Assembly (NCBI GenBank): GCA_902564295.1
Contig: CACFAO010000004.1
Location: forward strand, 7,907 to 71,906
Direction: 5' to 3'
Origin: an uncultured Pelagibacteraceae bacterium
GTDB taxonomy: Bacteria; Pseudomonadota; Alphaproteobacteria; Pelagibacterales; AG-422-B15
Length of the DNA stretch: 64,000 nucleotides
A program made the translations under genes and the position numbers. The notes beneath the pieces were generated by a model, which saw only the letters and a program-made list of their open reading frames with translations, searched no databases and was not told the DNA's origin. How positions within the stretch are numbered: position 1 is the stretch's first letter; each line of letters begins with the position of its first letter. Below are positions 9,938-20,349 of this stretch, piece after piece.

Positions 9938-10822
9938 ATGAAAATCCTTTTTATAGGACCCACAAGAATAGGGGATACAATTCTTTCAACATCCATAATA
10001 AATTTTTATTTAAAGAAATACGATGATTGTAGTTTTTCTATTGTCACAAGTCCATTTGCTAGAGATATATATACCAATATGCCAAGACTATCTAAAATTT
10101 TAGTTGTTAATAAAAAAAAATACGGATTACATTGGTTAGATATATTTAGATTCTCTTTTTTTAAAAAGTGGGATCTTGTTATCGATTTAAGATCATCAAT
10201 TACGTCTTATTTACTAAACGCAAGGACTAGAAAAATATTCAGAGGAAATAACAATTTTCATAAAATCGTTCAGTTTAAAAAATTCTTAAATACTGATGAA
10301 GAATTAGTTCCAAAAGTTTGGTATGATTCTGAAGTAAGTTCAAAAAGCTTATTAAAAATTCGTAATAATGAACGTATGATTGCTGTCGCGCCTTATTCAA
10401 ATTGGCCAAAAAAGGATTGGTCAATTAAAAAATACAAATCCTTGCTTGAAAATGAATTTTTTAAAAGTTACACAGTAATTTTAACTGGTATTTCGAATGA
10501 TATTCGAAATAAAAAAGAATTTGATGACTTCTTAAATTCATCAAACCTTAATATTATAAACTTATTTGACTGGGGCAATTTAAGACATATGGTACCTATA
10601 TTTGAAAAATGTGATTTCTTCATCGGTAGTGATAGTGGATTAATGCACCTATCAGCGTCAGCGGGGTGTAAAACTTTTGCCCTTTTTGGACCCACAAATG
10701 ACCTGGTGTATGGACCGTGGGGCAATCATACTGTGATTAAATCAAATCATGAAATGTTAGATCACGAACTTGAAAATTTATCTGTAGAAAAAGTAATAAA
10801 TAGCATAAAAGAAAGAACATAG
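9938..10822 (+). CDS. Glycosyltransferase family 9 (LPS heptosyltransferase-like)
   Basis: N-terminus is MKILFIGPTRIGDTILSTS. The C-terminal FIGSDSGLMHLSASAGCKTFALFGPT is typical of the GT9 nucleotide-sugar site. Confidence 0.75.
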   Translation: MKILFIGPTRIGDTILSTSIINFYLKKYDDCSFSIVTSPFARDIYTNMPRLSKILVVNKKKYGLHWLDIFRFSFFKKWDLVIDLRSSITSYLLNARTRKIFRGNNNFHKIVQFKKFLNTDEELVPKVWYDSEVSSKSLLKIRNNERMIAVAPYSNWPKKDWSIKKYKSLLENEFFKSYTVILTGISNDIRNKKEFDDFLNSSNLNIINLFDWGNLRHMVPIFEKCDFFIGSDSGLMHLSASAGCKTFALFGPTNDLVYGPWGNHTVIKSNHEMLDHELENLSVEKVINSIKERT

Positions 10823-12132
10823 TGATTGATTTAATGATAAGAAACGGAAAGATTGTAACTCATAACAATGAGAGGTTTGCTGATATTGCCATTAAAAATG
10901 GAAAAATATTTAAAATTGGTAAACTACCTAATCTGAAATCAAAAAAGATTATTGATGCAAGAGGTTTACATGTTCTGCCAGGCGCTTTTGATACACAAGT
11001 ACATTTCAGAGAACCAGGCAATACAAAAAAAGAAAATCTCAAAACGGGAAGCTTAGCTGCTGTTGCAGGAGGGATTACTTCAGTTTTTGATATGCCTAAT
11101 AATAGACCAAGCATAACAACAAAAAAGCTTTTTATAAAGAAACTGCAGACTGCAAAAAAGAGAATGCATTGCAATTATGCATTTTATTTTGGAGCTGAGA
11201 AAGATAACATTAAAGAAATTAAGAAAGTTGAGAAAGTAAAGGGTTGTTGTGGCGTAAAGGTTTTTGTTGGTTCCTCAACTGGTACACTGCTTGTCTCAAA
11301 CCATAATGATATTGAGAAAATTATGAGATCTACTAAGAAAATGATCTCATTTCATTCTGAAAATGAAGATATGCTTATTACTAGAAAAAAATATGCTAAA
11401 AAAGGAAAGCCGTTAAGTCATCAAGTATGGCGAAATGTAGACACAGCTTTAAGTTCTACAAGAAAGCTGATCAGATCAGCTAATAGAAGTAAGAAAAAAA
11501 TACATGTTCTTCATATAACTACGGCAGAAGAAATAAAATTGCTTCTTAGAAATAGAAAATATGTCTCATTTGAAGTAACACCTCAGCACCTAATACTGGC
11601 ATCACCAGATTGTTATAAAAAACTGGGTACATACGCTCAAATGAATCCACCTATTAGGGGAACTAGACACAGAAATGTTCTTAGAAAAACTCTACAAAAA
11701 GGCCAAATCGATATTATTGGATCAGACCACGCTCCTCATTTAAAATCAGAAAAAAATAAAATTTATCCAAATAGTCCATCAGGAATGCCGGGTGTTCAAA
11801 CTCTACTTCCTATTCTGTTAAATGAGGTTACAAAAAAGACAATTTCACTCAATGAAGTAGTAAAGCTAACAAGCTTTAATCCTAAACGAATTTTTAAGAT
11901 TAAAAATAAGGGGCTAATTAAAGTTGGTTATGATGCCGATTTAACAATAGTTGATATGAATAAAACTAAAAAAGTTTTGAATAAAAATATGAATACTAAG
12001 TGTGGATGGACACCTTTCAATGGTATGAAATTAAAAGGATGGCCTGTTGGCACAATAATAAATGGCAAAACAGCTTTTTGGAAAAATAAAATAAATAAGT
12101 CAGTATTTGGTAATCCAATAAGTTTTGTTTAA
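10822..12132 (+). CDS. pyrC: Dihydroorotase (cyclic amidohydrolase, multifunctional-complex type)
   Basis: Contains PGAFDTQVHFREPG, MPN and IGSDHAPH motifs. The GTG start overlaps the upstream TAG. An alternative ATG lies at 10834. Confidence 0.8.
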   Translation: MIDLMIRNGKIVTHNNERFADIAIKNGKIFKIGKLPNLKSKKIIDARGLHVLPGAFDTQVHFREPGNTKKENLKTGSLAAVAGGITSVFDMPNNRPSITTKKLFIKKLQTAKKRMHCNYAFYFGAEKDNIKEIKKVEKVKGCCGVKVFVGSSTGTLLVSNHNDIEKIMRSTKKMISFHSENEDMLITRKKYAKKGKPLSHQVWRNVDTALSSTRKLIRSANRSKKKIHVLHITTAEEIKLLLRNRKYVSFEVTPQHLILASPDCYKKLGTYAQMNPPIRGTRHRNVLRKTLQKGQIDIIGSDHAPHLKSEKNKIYPNSPSGMPGVQTLLPILLNEVTKKTISLNEVVKLTSFNPKRIFKIKNKGLIKVGYDADLTIVDMNKTKKVLNKNMNTKCGWTPFNGMKLKGWPVGTIINGKTAFWKNKINKSVFGNPISFV

Positions 12133-12902
12133 CTACGAGCAATAAAAGAAGAATTTCTAAAATTACGCTTGCCATAGCGCAAAATTTTTCGATCTAATGT
12201 TCTTATTCTACCACCCGCAAATCTTAATATAGCATCTCCAGCGGCCGTATCCCATTCCATTGTAGTTCCAAACCGAGGGTATACATTAGCTAAGCCATGT
12301 GCGATGTAACATAATTTTATTGAACTTCCTGAGCGGAGTATTTTATTAGCGTTGAATTTCTTAAATATCATTTTTTTTGTTTTTTCTACTTCACTCTTTG
12401 CAATTGAATGAGATCTACTTAAAATGATTATATTTTTATTTCTTTTTTTAACTTTAATTTTTTTTATATTATTGATCTGTCCCTTTTTATTTAATTTTGA
12501 AAAATAAGATTTTTTATCTTTTGTGAAATATAGCTTATTTTTAGTTGGCATATAAATAATACCAAAAACTGGTTTTTTATTTTCAATCAAGCCAATATTT
12601 ACAGTAAATTCGCCGTTACCTTTTAAAAATTCTTTTGTACCATCTAATGGGTCTACTAACCAAAATCTTTGAGCAGCTTTACCTTTTTTAATTTGCTCTT
12701 CAGAAACAATTGAAATACTAGGAAAATGTCTTTTTAAGCCCCTACAAATTATATCATTTGCCTTAATATCTGCATTTGTAACAGGTGTATTATCGGACTT
12801 GTATTTTTTGGTTACCTTTTTTTTATAGATTTTGATAATTTCAACACCGGCAAGATGAACAATCCTAATTAATTCATCAAGTTTTTCAGGTGTTATTTTC
12901 AT
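12129..12902 (-). CDS. cysQ: 3'(2'),5'-bisphosphate nucleotidase (inositol monophosphatase family)
   Basis: Contains SIVSEE, WLVDPLDGTKEF and EWDTAAGDAIL motifs. Confidence 0.8.
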   Translation of the reverse strand: MKITPEKLDELIRIVHLAGVEIIKIYKKKVTKKYKSDNTPVTNADIKANDIICRGLKRHFPSISIVSEEQIKKGKAAQRFWLVDPLDGTKEFLKGNGEFTVNIGLIENKKPVFGIIYMPTKNKLYFTKDKKSYFSKLNKKGQINNIKKIKVKKRNKNIIILSRSHSIAKSEVEKTKKMIFKKFNANKILRSGSSIKLCYIAHGLANVYPRFGTTMEWDTAAGDAILRFAGGRIRTLDRKILRYGKRNFRNSSFIARS

Positions 12903-12976
12903 ATCAAGAGTAAAGCTTGTAAAATAGACAATAAGACAAATATATTATACATACCAGAGCAAAATTATTAAATCGT

Positions 12977-14071
12977 ATGGAAAACAATGATAATTGTATA
13001 AAGGGAAATAATCCTATTGTAGTAGCTATGTCAGGTGGCGTTGACTCTTCAGTAGCTGCTGCGCTCATGAATAAGGATTATGAAGATGTGATAGGTGTTA
13101 CTCTAAGACTATATGACGAAAAAAAAGTAGCAAACTCTAAAACATGTTGTTCGGGTGCGGATATAATGGACGCAAAAAAAATAGCTAACACCATAACTAT
13201 ACCACATTACGTTTTTGACTATGAGGAAATTTTTAGAAAAAATGTTATCGAGCCTTTTATTAACGAATATAAATCAGGGAGAACCCCCATACCTTGCATA
13301 AATTGTAATGAAAAAGTAAAGTTCCTTGATTTACTATCTTTTGCAAAAGAAATTAATGCGAAATCATTAGTGACAGGGCATTATATAAAAAAAGTAAAGA
13401 TTAATAATGAGTGGCGATTGTATATTCCCCAAGACAAGGATCGAGATCAGTCCTATTTTCTTTTTACAATGAAAAAAGATGATCTGGATCTCATCGAATT
13501 TCCTCTGGGTGATTATAAAAAAGATGAGATCAGGGATTTAGCTTTAAAATTAAACTTACACGTGTTTGATAAAAGTGATAGTCAAGATATTTGTTTTATA
13601 CCTGATGGAGATTATAAAAAATTTATAAATAAAAATATTGAGAGCAAAGAAGGTGAAGTTGTAGACGTAGATGGAAATATACTAAATAAACATGAAGGTA
13701 TTCAAAACTTTACAATAGGGCAAAGAAGAGGTTTAGGAGTTTCACAGGATGAGCCCGTTTATGTAAAAAAAATTGAAAAAGATAAAAACAGAGTCATTGT
13801 GGCAAATAAGGATAATATTAGCTCCTCAACTATATATGTTGAAAATATAAATTTAATTACAAAAAATTTACCTAAGGATCTATATGTAAGAGTTAGATCA
13901 ACTGGAAAATTATTAGATGCAAAAATAGAAATCAATAAAAAAAATGGTGCAAAAATTTCTCTCACAAATCCTGAAACAGCCGTATCACCAGGTCAGGCTT
14001 GCGTTTTTTATTGTAAGGATGAAATAGGTACACGCCTTTTGGGAGGCGGTTGGATCCATTCGACAAATTAG
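12977..14071 (+). CDS. mnmA: tRNA-specific 2-thiouridylase
   Basis: PP-loop VAMSGGVDSSVAA, catalytic-Cys regions TPIPCINCN and DSQDICF, and TIGQRRGLG. Confidence 0.95.
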   Translation: MENNDNCIKGNNPIVVAMSGGVDSSVAAALMNKDYEDVIGVTLRLYDEKKVANSKTCCSGADIMDAKKIANTITIPHYVFDYEEIFRKNVIEPFINEYKSGRTPIPCINCNEKVKFLDLLSFAKEINAKSLVTGHYIKKVKINNEWRLYIPQDKDRDQSYFLFTMKKDDLDLIEFPLGDYKKDEIRDLALKLNLHVFDKSDSQDICFIPDGDYKKFINKNIESKEGEVVDVDGNILNKHEGIQNFTIGQRRGLGVSQDEPVYVKKIEKDKNRVIVANKDNISSSTIYVENINLITKNLPKDLYVRVRSTGKLLDAKIEINKKNGAKISLTNPETAVSPGQACVFYCKDEIGTRLLGGGWIHSTN

Positions 14072-14098
14072 TAATATTGTATATTATGGCTCATCTTT

Positions 14099-14175
14099 GG
14101 CGGGGTAGCTCAGTTGGTTAGAGCGGAGGAATCATAATCCTTAGGTCGGGGGTTCAAATCCCTCTCCCGCTACCA
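14099..14175 (+). tRNA. tRNA with CAT anticodon (elongator tRNA-Met type; a lysidine-modified tRNA-Ile2 cannot be excluded)
   Basis: Hand fold of 77 nt. D arm GCTC-AGTTGGTTA-GAGC. Anticodon stem GAGGA/TCCTT with loop ATCATAA. T arm GGGGG-TTCAAAT-CCCTC. CCA is encoded. It lacks the 1:72 mismatch of initiator tRNA. Confidence 0.85.
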
Positions 14176-14185
14176 GAGAAAATAA

Positions 14186-15304
14186 TTATTTAGCTGCTTT
14201 TAAGTATTCTACTACTTTCTTTTCCCATGCATAATTTTCCATAGCTCTATGGTGTCCATTTTTACCTAATTGATCTCTTAAGTTTTTATTCTTGAGTAAA
14301 AATAATATTTTTTCTGTTATCATATTTTGATTGCCTGCTTCACATATAATACCCGTTTCATTATGTAAAATCGCGTCACTTACCCCACCACTGTCACTGC
14401 CCACTGTTGCAATTCCATGAAATGAAGCATCGATATATGCCATCCCAAAACCTTCAATTGACTCTCCTACTGCCGTAGGTGTCATTACAAATAAGTCAGA
14501 GTATTTTAAAATAAGAGACTTTTCAGGTTCAGTTATCCATCCTAAAAATTTTACATTTTCCTCAATGTTCATTTCTGTAGTTAATTGTTTAATTTTTTCT
14601 AAATAAGGGCCTTTGCCTGCAATCAAATATATTACATTAGGAAAAGTATTTATTATTTCTTTTAATGCATGCAAAACAAAAATATGTCCTTTTCTTTTTT
14701 CTACTCTCGCAAGTGTTGTTATAACAGGTGATCCACTGCCAATAATCTTTAAAACATTATTACGATCTTCATCAGAGATAAAATCACCGTATACATCGAT
14801 TCCTGGATGAATCACTTCAATAAGATCTTTGTTTATTTTTAGCGAGGCACGCATTAAATCTTTTGTATATGTTGAATTTGCTATAATTCTAAACACATTT
14901 TTGTATGAATTAATAATTCGATTTTTCTTAAACCGCAATAAGTCAAGCATAATAGTCCAATACTGCTTAGGTATTTCTGTTCCATGTGCGAGAACCAAAA
15001 TTTTTTTTCCACTTTTTCTTTTTATATATTCAATACTTTTCCAAGAGTCTGCGTAAATAGCTTTTATATTTTCTTCTTTACATATTTTTTCAACATATCT
15101 AGCTTTTCTTATTCTTCGAATAGGTTTCCAACCAGAAAACCTTTTAATGTTATATATCCTATTTTCATCAGAAATATGTTTTGTTCCGTCAGCTAATACT
15201 AAAACTTCCTCACCACTTTTTGCCATAGCTTCTGCCATGCCCGTCATTAGTGACTCTATTCCACCAATTTTTGGCGCAAAGCATTGAGTTGTGATAATGA
15301 TCAC
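14186..15304 (-). CDS. Glycosyltransferase family 4 (GT-B, retaining)
   Basis: 372 aa. The EGFGMAYIDASFHGIATVGSDSGGVSDAI region matches the E-x7-E type GT4 C-terminal domain. Confidence 0.8.
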   Translation of the reverse strand: MIIITTQCFAPKIGGIESLMTGMAEAMAKSGEEVLVLADGTKHISDENRIYNIKRFSGWKPIRRIRKARYVEKICKEENIKAIYADSWKSIEYIKRKSGKKILVLAHGTEIPKQYWTIMLDLLRFKKNRIINSYKNVFRIIANSTYTKDLMRASLKINKDLIEVIHPGIDVYGDFISDEDRNNVLKIIGSGSPVITTLARVEKRKGHIFVLHALKEIINTFPNVIYLIAGKGPYLEKIKQLTTEMNIEENVKFLGWITEPEKSLILKYSDLFVMTPTAVGESIEGFGMAYIDASFHGIATVGSDSGGVSDAILHNETGIICEAGNQNMITEKILFLLKNKNLRDQLGKNGHHRAMENYAWEKKVVEYLKAAK

Positions 15305-15314
15305 TTGAGCTTCT

Positions 15315-15875
15315 TTATTGTTTCCATTTTATTGAACATCCAATACTTGGTATCTGATCTTTTGGACCCGACCCTGTCTCTGAAACTAATATCATTGCTT
15401 CCAAAAGTTCTTTTTTTGCATTTGGAATTATCTCCATTTTAGACTCTTCGAGTCTACCTCTATATTGAAGTTCATTATTTGAGTTAAAACCAAAAAAGTC
15501 AGGAGTGCATACAGCATTATATTTCCTACCGACACTTTGTGTTTCGTCATAAACGTAAGGAAATACAAAATTATTCTTCTCAGAAAATAACTTCATATTA
15601 TCAAATGAGTCTTCTTCACCATATTTTGGATCATTTACATCATTAGACATTATTGCAATTACGCCAATACCTTTTTCTTTTAGGAATGTTATGTCTTCTA
15701 CAATTCGATGTATTACTGATTTCACGTATGGACAATGATTGCATATAAACATCACCAGCGTTCCATTAGGACCTTTTATATCATTAAATGAATAGTATTT
15801 GTTATCGATGCCAATAAGATTAAATTCTGGAGCTTTCCATCCAAAATCACAGATCGGTGTTTCTAATGCAACCAT
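15315..15875 (-). CDS. Thioredoxin-fold protein (redoxin / AhpC-TSA-like)
   Basis: 186 aa. CNHCPYV redox motif in a TlpA/peroxiredoxin-like context (APEFNL...GTLVMFICNHCPYV). Confidence 0.7.
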   Translation of the reverse strand: MVALETPICDFGWKAPEFNLIGIDNKYYSFNDIKGPNGTLVMFICNHCPYVKSVIHRIVEDITFLKEKGIGVIAIMSNDVNDPKYGEEDSFDNMKLFSEKNNFVFPYVYDETQSVGRKYNAVCTPDFFGFNSNNELQYRGRLEESKMEIIPNAKKELLEAMILVSETGSGPKDQIPSIGCSIKWKQ

Positions 15876-15944
15876 AATTTACTTTCTATTGTTTAAATAT
15901 CTAATTATCTTTAATATATTTGTTACTTAATAAAATAACAAGAT

Positions 15945-16475
15945 ATGATCTATTCACTTGGAGATAAAAAAATAAATCGAGATAATGCAGACTTCTGGAT
16001 CGCGCCAAGTGCTTCTGTGATTGGAGATATTACACTGAAAAAAAATGCAAGTGTATGGTTTGGAGCTGTTTTAAGGGGCGATAATGACCCAATAATTGTT
16101 GGTGAAAATTCAAATATACAGGATAATTCAGTTTGTCATACAGATGATGGAATGCCATTAGTTATAGGGGATAATGTCACAGTAGGTCATAAAGTCATTT
16201 TGCATAGTTGTTTAGTTGGAAATAATTCTCTTATTGGAATGGGCTCAACTATTCTAAATAAGGCAAAAATAGGTAATAATTGTTTGGTTGGCGCTAATAC
16301 GTTAATTACTGAGGGAAAAGAGTTCCCCGATAATAGCCTGATTGTGGGATCTCCTGGAACTGTTAAAAGAGAATTGACAGATATAGAAAAAAAGATAATT
16401 GAAGTTAGTGCTTTTCACTACGTTGAAAATATGAAAAAATTTAGGGGTAATCTTAAAGAAGAAAATACAGAATGA
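15945..16475 (+). CDS. Gamma-carbonic-anhydrase-like / PaaY-like left-handed beta-helix (hexapeptide repeat) protein
   Basis: 176 aa. FWIAPSASVIGDITL...SVWFGAVLRGDNDPIIVGENSNIQDNSVCH matches the YrdA/PaaY/CaiE family pattern. Confidence 0.8.
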   Translation: MIYSLGDKKINRDNADFWIAPSASVIGDITLKKNASVWFGAVLRGDNDPIIVGENSNIQDNSVCHTDDGMPLVIGDNVTVGHKVILHSCLVGNNSLIGMGSTILNKAKIGNNCLVGANTLITEGKEFPDNSLIVGSPGTVKRELTDIEKKIIEVSAFHYVENMKKFRGNLKEENTE

Positions 16476-18133
16476 ATACTTTTGACTATATAATTGCAGG
16501 AGCTGGTTCAGCTGGTTGTGTTTTAGCGAATAGGCTCTCTAAAGATCCTAATATAAAGGTTCTTTTAATCGAGGCTGGTGGGACTACATGGCATCCGTTT
16601 GTTAAAATGCCAGCAGGCGTGCTTGAGCTGATTTCTGGTGAAGGTGCTGGTAAATTTTATAATTATGGTTATTGGACAGAGGGTCAACCACATCTAAATA
16701 ATAGAAAACTTTTCTTCCCTCGAGGTAAGGGTTTGGGTGGTTCAAGCAATATTAATGGAATGCTCTACGTGAGAGGTCACTCACGTGATTATGATATATG
16801 GAGACAGCTTGGCAATGAAGGATGGTCTTACGAGGAAGTATTGCCTTATTTTAAAAGAGCTGAAAAAAATGAAAATGGATCATCAGAATTTCATGGAAGT
16901 GATGGAGAATTAAGTGTTCAAAATCCAGTGTTTACAAATAACCCTCTACATCGATGTTTTTTAAATGCTGGTAAAGAGGCAGGCTATAAATACATTGAAG
17001 ACATCAATCAATACGATAACGAGGGTTTTGGTCCATGTCCTCAAACGATTTCAAAAGGCTATAGAGCAAGTACAAGTTTTTCATTTTTAAATCCTATTAA
17101 AGACAGAAAAAATTTAACGATTGCAACTAATTCAACAACCAATAAACTTTTATTTGAGGGCACAAAATGCATTGGGCTTGAGTATTTAAAAGGAAAAGAA
17201 GTTATAAAAGCTTACGCTGAAAGGGAAGTAATTGTATGTGGTGGTGCTATTAACTCACCTCAGATATTGCAACTCTCAGGAATAGGTAAAGGAGATTACA
17301 TAAAAAAATGGGGATTAAAAGTTGTAGCTGATCTTCCAGGAGTAGGTGAAAATTTACAAGACCATTTAGATGTACTATCTCACTACGAGTGTACACAGCC
17401 AGTAACGGAAGCAAAATATACAGCGGGTGGACTTGCAGTATTTAGGATGGCGGCCATCTTGGCTCAATGGATGATAACAAAAAAAGGCCCTGGAAATGAT
17501 ATCGGTTTGTCTGGTGTATCATTTTTAAAGACAGATGACACGCTTGATCTTCCTGACATACAAATGCATTTTGTTGGTTCACTTTTAAAAGATCATGGAA
17601 AAACAAGACCTGATTCTCATGCGTTTAGTAATCATGTTTGTCAGCTCAGACCTGAGAGTAGGGGCTATATTGCACTAAAATCATTGGATCCCTCAGTGCC
17701 TCCAATTATACAACCAAACTATTTCGCGACTCAAAAAGATCGAGATACTCTTATTAAAGGTGTGAAAATGTCGCGAGAAATAGTGAACCAGTCTGCTTTC
17801 GATGAATACCGAGGCAAAGAAATAACTCCAGGTATTCATGTTCAAACAGATGGGGAAATAGAGGAATTTATTAGAAACGCTGCTGAAACGATTTATCATC
17901 CAGTTGGCACTTGTAAAATGGGAAGTGATGAATTTGCAGTTGTAGATGATAAATTAAGAGTGAGAGGTGTCGAAAATTTAAGAGTAGTTGATGCGTCTGT
18001 GATGCCAACTCTAATTGGTGGAAACACCAACGCACCTACAATTATGATAGCTGACAAAATTTCAGATCATATTCTTGGTAATGAATTCCTTCCATCTCAG
18101 CATGTTAGTTACAAAGATAAAAACGCTGCATAA
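16472..18133 (+). CDS. GMC-family FAD oxidoreductase (choline / alcohol dehydrogenase-like)
   Basis: 553 aa. N-terminus is FDYIIAGAGSAGCVLANRLS. Contains GKGLGGSSNINGMLYVRG, and the C-terminal HPVGTCKMG...RVVDASVMP matches GMC signatures. Its ATGA start/stop overlaps the upstream gene. Confidence 0.85.
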   Translation: MNTFDYIIAGAGSAGCVLANRLSKDPNIKVLLIEAGGTTWHPFVKMPAGVLELISGEGAGKFYNYGYWTEGQPHLNNRKLFFPRGKGLGGSSNINGMLYVRGHSRDYDIWRQLGNEGWSYEEVLPYFKRAEKNENGSSEFHGSDGELSVQNPVFTNNPLHRCFLNAGKEAGYKYIEDINQYDNEGFGPCPQTISKGYRASTSFSFLNPIKDRKNLTIATNSTTNKLLFEGTKCIGLEYLKGKEVIKAYAEREVIVCGGAINSPQILQLSGIGKGDYIKKWGLKVVADLPGVGENLQDHLDVLSHYECTQPVTEAKYTAGGLAVFRMAAILAQWMITKKGPGNDIGLSGVSFLKTDDTLDLPDIQMHFVGSLLKDHGKTRPDSHAFSNHVCQLRPESRGYIALKSLDPSVPPIIQPNYFATQKDRDTLIKGVKMSREIVNQSAFDEYRGKEITPGIHVQTDGEIEEFIRNAAETIYHPVGTCKMGSDEFAVVDDKLRVRGVENLRVVDASVMPTLIGGNTNAPTIMIADKISDHILGNEFLPSQHVSYKDKNAA

Positions 18134-18135
18134 TT

Positions 18136-20313
18136 TTGAACAAATTATTATTTTCAATTCTTGGAGTAGCCTTAGTTTTTGTCACAGCACTGATAATAGT
18201 CAATCAATATAATACTAAAAATTTTGTACAAACTAGTTTTTTAGAAATAGAAAAAGAATACACTTACAAGATTGAACGAGATCAGTTTGGAGTACCACAT
18301 GTTTATGGAGATACCGACAAAGATGCAGCATTCGGATTCGCTTATGCACAAGCAGAGGATGATTTAAAACATATTGAGATGATGATTAAAATGTCTCGTG
18401 GGGAGCTCTCAAATTTAAATTTTAATTCGAAAACATTTGGAGCTATTTATTCACTTATTACTGGTGATGGTGACATAATGGAAAACCTAGATGCAATTGA
18501 AGGAGTAGAGTTAGATTTTTTATTCAAGTTTTTTAATGTTAATGAAACTGTTAATAAAAAAATTTCAGAAATTCCAGAGCAGACAATTAATTATATAAAA
18601 GGTTATGCAGATGGACTTAATTATTATGCTGCAAAAAATCCTCAATTAGTTGATCAATCTTTATATCCAGCTACTGCATATGATTTGGTTGCTGGTATGA
18701 CATTTCGAATGCCGTTATTTTATGGCATCGATCATTCAATAGCTGAACTCATGAATTTAATGGATAGCAAAGAAGAGGAAGTATCAATGAACATGAACGC
18801 ACTATCCGATAATTCAATAGTTGCAAGTATAAATACATATTTTAAACCATCAGGTTCAAACGCATTTGCCGTTTCCAAAAGTAGATCACAAGACAATGAG
18901 ACAATGCTTGTCATTAATTCACATCAACCATTAACGGGTCCAGTAGCATGGTATGAAATTCATTTAAAAAGTGGTGAAGGTTTAAATATCATGGGTGGCA
19001 CTTTTCCAGGGTCGCCATTTGTACATGTTGGCTTTAATGAGCATCTCGGCTGGGGAGCTACAGTAAATCAGCCAGATTTATCTGATATTTACGAATTGAA
19101 ACTTAACCCTGAGAATAATGATCAGTATGAACTAGATGGTGCATGGGTTAATTTCACCGAAACGGATCAAGAATTTAAAGTAAAACTATTTGGCCCTTTC
19201 AGTATTACATACCCAATAAAAATGTACCATTCAGTACATGGGCCTGTTATGAAAGATGATAATAAAGCTTATGCTCTACGGTTTGTAGGAATGGATGATG
19301 TCAATCACTCAACCGCGTGGCTCAAAATGAATAAATCAAAAAATATTGATGAATGGCTTGATGCCATAAGAATGGAACAACTAGCTAGTTTAAATTTAGT
19401 TTACGCTGATAAAGAAGATAACATCTTTTTTGTTCATAATGTTAAATCGCCAGTAAGAGATCCAAACTATAATTGGAAGCAAGCGGTACCTGGAAATAAA
19501 AGGGATTTAATTTGGAATAATTTTCATCCTTTTGAAATTGTGCCTCAGATCTTAAACCCAAGCTCTGGATACATATTTAGTACTAATCAAAATCCTTTTT
19601 TTGTTACAGCTAAGGAGGATAACTTGTCTTTATCTAACTTTAATCCAACTATGGGTTTTCAAACACGTACAACTAACAGAGCATATAGAGCATATGAGCT
19701 TCTTGATGCCGACAAATCAATATCATTTGATGAACTTGATAAATACAAACATGATAACAAGTTCTCTTACAATTCAAGACAATACAAATTTATGGAAGAA
19801 ATTTTCAACCATGAATTTTTAGAAAATAAATTAAAAAATGCTCAAGAATTTTTAAAAGGTTGGGATCTAGGCACTGATTCAAATAATTTACATGCCGCGT
19901 TTGGAGTTTGCATCTTGTCTCCTGAGTGGTTAGCAGAAATAACAAGAAAGCCACGACCTGATCCAATCGAAATTTTTATTAATTGTGTTGATGAGTTTGA
20001 GAAAAACTTTGGAACATTAAGTGTAAAATGGAGCGATGTTAATTTCTTGGAGAGAGGATCAAATCTAGTGCACATTCAAGGAGGCCCTGACGTTTTAAGA
20101 GCAATTTACGCCCCGCGAAGCGAGGATGGTATACTTAAAGCTGTCGCTGGAGATGGCCTTTATATTTATGTAAAATGGGATGAAAATAAAAAACAGGTAT
20201 CAAAAAGTATTCACCAATTTGGAAGTGCTACAATGAACATTGGCTCTCCGCACTATGATGATCAAATTAATTTATTTGCAAGTGAAAAGCTCAAAGATAC
20301 ATTCTTTAATTGA
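18136..20313 (+). CDS. Penicillin/AHL-acylase-family Ntn hydrolase with an N-terminal membrane anchor or signal
   Basis: 725 aa with a TTG start. Hydrophobic N-terminus LLFSILGVALVFVTALIIV. RDQFGVPHVYGDTDKDAAFGFAYAQAEDD is alpha-subunit-like. The putative autoprocessing site is G-S241-NAFAV (Ser codon at 18856-18858). Confidence 0.75.
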   Translation: MNKLLFSILGVALVFVTALIIVNQYNTKNFVQTSFLEIEKEYTYKIERDQFGVPHVYGDTDKDAAFGFAYAQAEDDLKHIEMMIKMSRGELSNLNFNSKTFGAIYSLITGDGDIMENLDAIEGVELDFLFKFFNVNETVNKKISEIPEQTINYIKGYADGLNYYAAKNPQLVDQSLYPATAYDLVAGMTFRMPLFYGIDHSIAELMNLMDSKEEEVSMNMNALSDNSIVASINTYFKPSGSNAFAVSKSRSQDNETMLVINSHQPLTGPVAWYEIHLKSGEGLNIMGGTFPGSPFVHVGFNEHLGWGATVNQPDLSDIYELKLNPENNDQYELDGAWVNFTETDQEFKVKLFGPFSITYPIKMYHSVHGPVMKDDNKAYALRFVGMDDVNHSTAWLKMNKSKNIDEWLDAIRMEQLASLNLVYADKEDNIFFVHNVKSPVRDPNYNWKQAVPGNKRDLIWNNFHPFEIVPQILNPSSGYIFSTNQNPFFVTAKEDNLSLSNFNPTMGFQTRTTNRAYRAYELLDADKSISFDELDKYKHDNKFSYNSRQYKFMEEIFNHEFLENKLKNAQEFLKGWDLGTDSNNLHAAFGVCILSPEWLAEITRKPRPDPIEIFINCVDEFEKNFGTLSVKWSDVNFLERGSNLVHIQGGPDVLRAIYAPRSEDGILKAVAGDGLYIYVKWDENKKQVSKSIHQFGSATMNIGSPHYDDQINLFASEKLKDTFFN

Positions 20314-20349
20314 GCTTGTAGAAAAAAAATTATTATGTAAAATTTTCTC

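Noticed and set aside
9799-9996. 65-aa minus-strand ORF in the track.
   Set aside because: It lies on top of the tRNA-Leu gene and the start of the GT9 gene, so it is an artefact of the stop-poor tRNA sequence.
9915-15304. Possible tRNA-associated genomic islet: a GT9 gene 23 nt after tRNA-Leu and a GT4 gene ending 10 nt after tRNA-Met.
   Set aside because: I could see no integrase, no direct repeat of either tRNA 3' end and no compositional break. The intervening genes (pyrC, cysQ, mnmA) are core housekeeping. Strain-to-strain comparison would be needed to call the glycosyltransferases variable.
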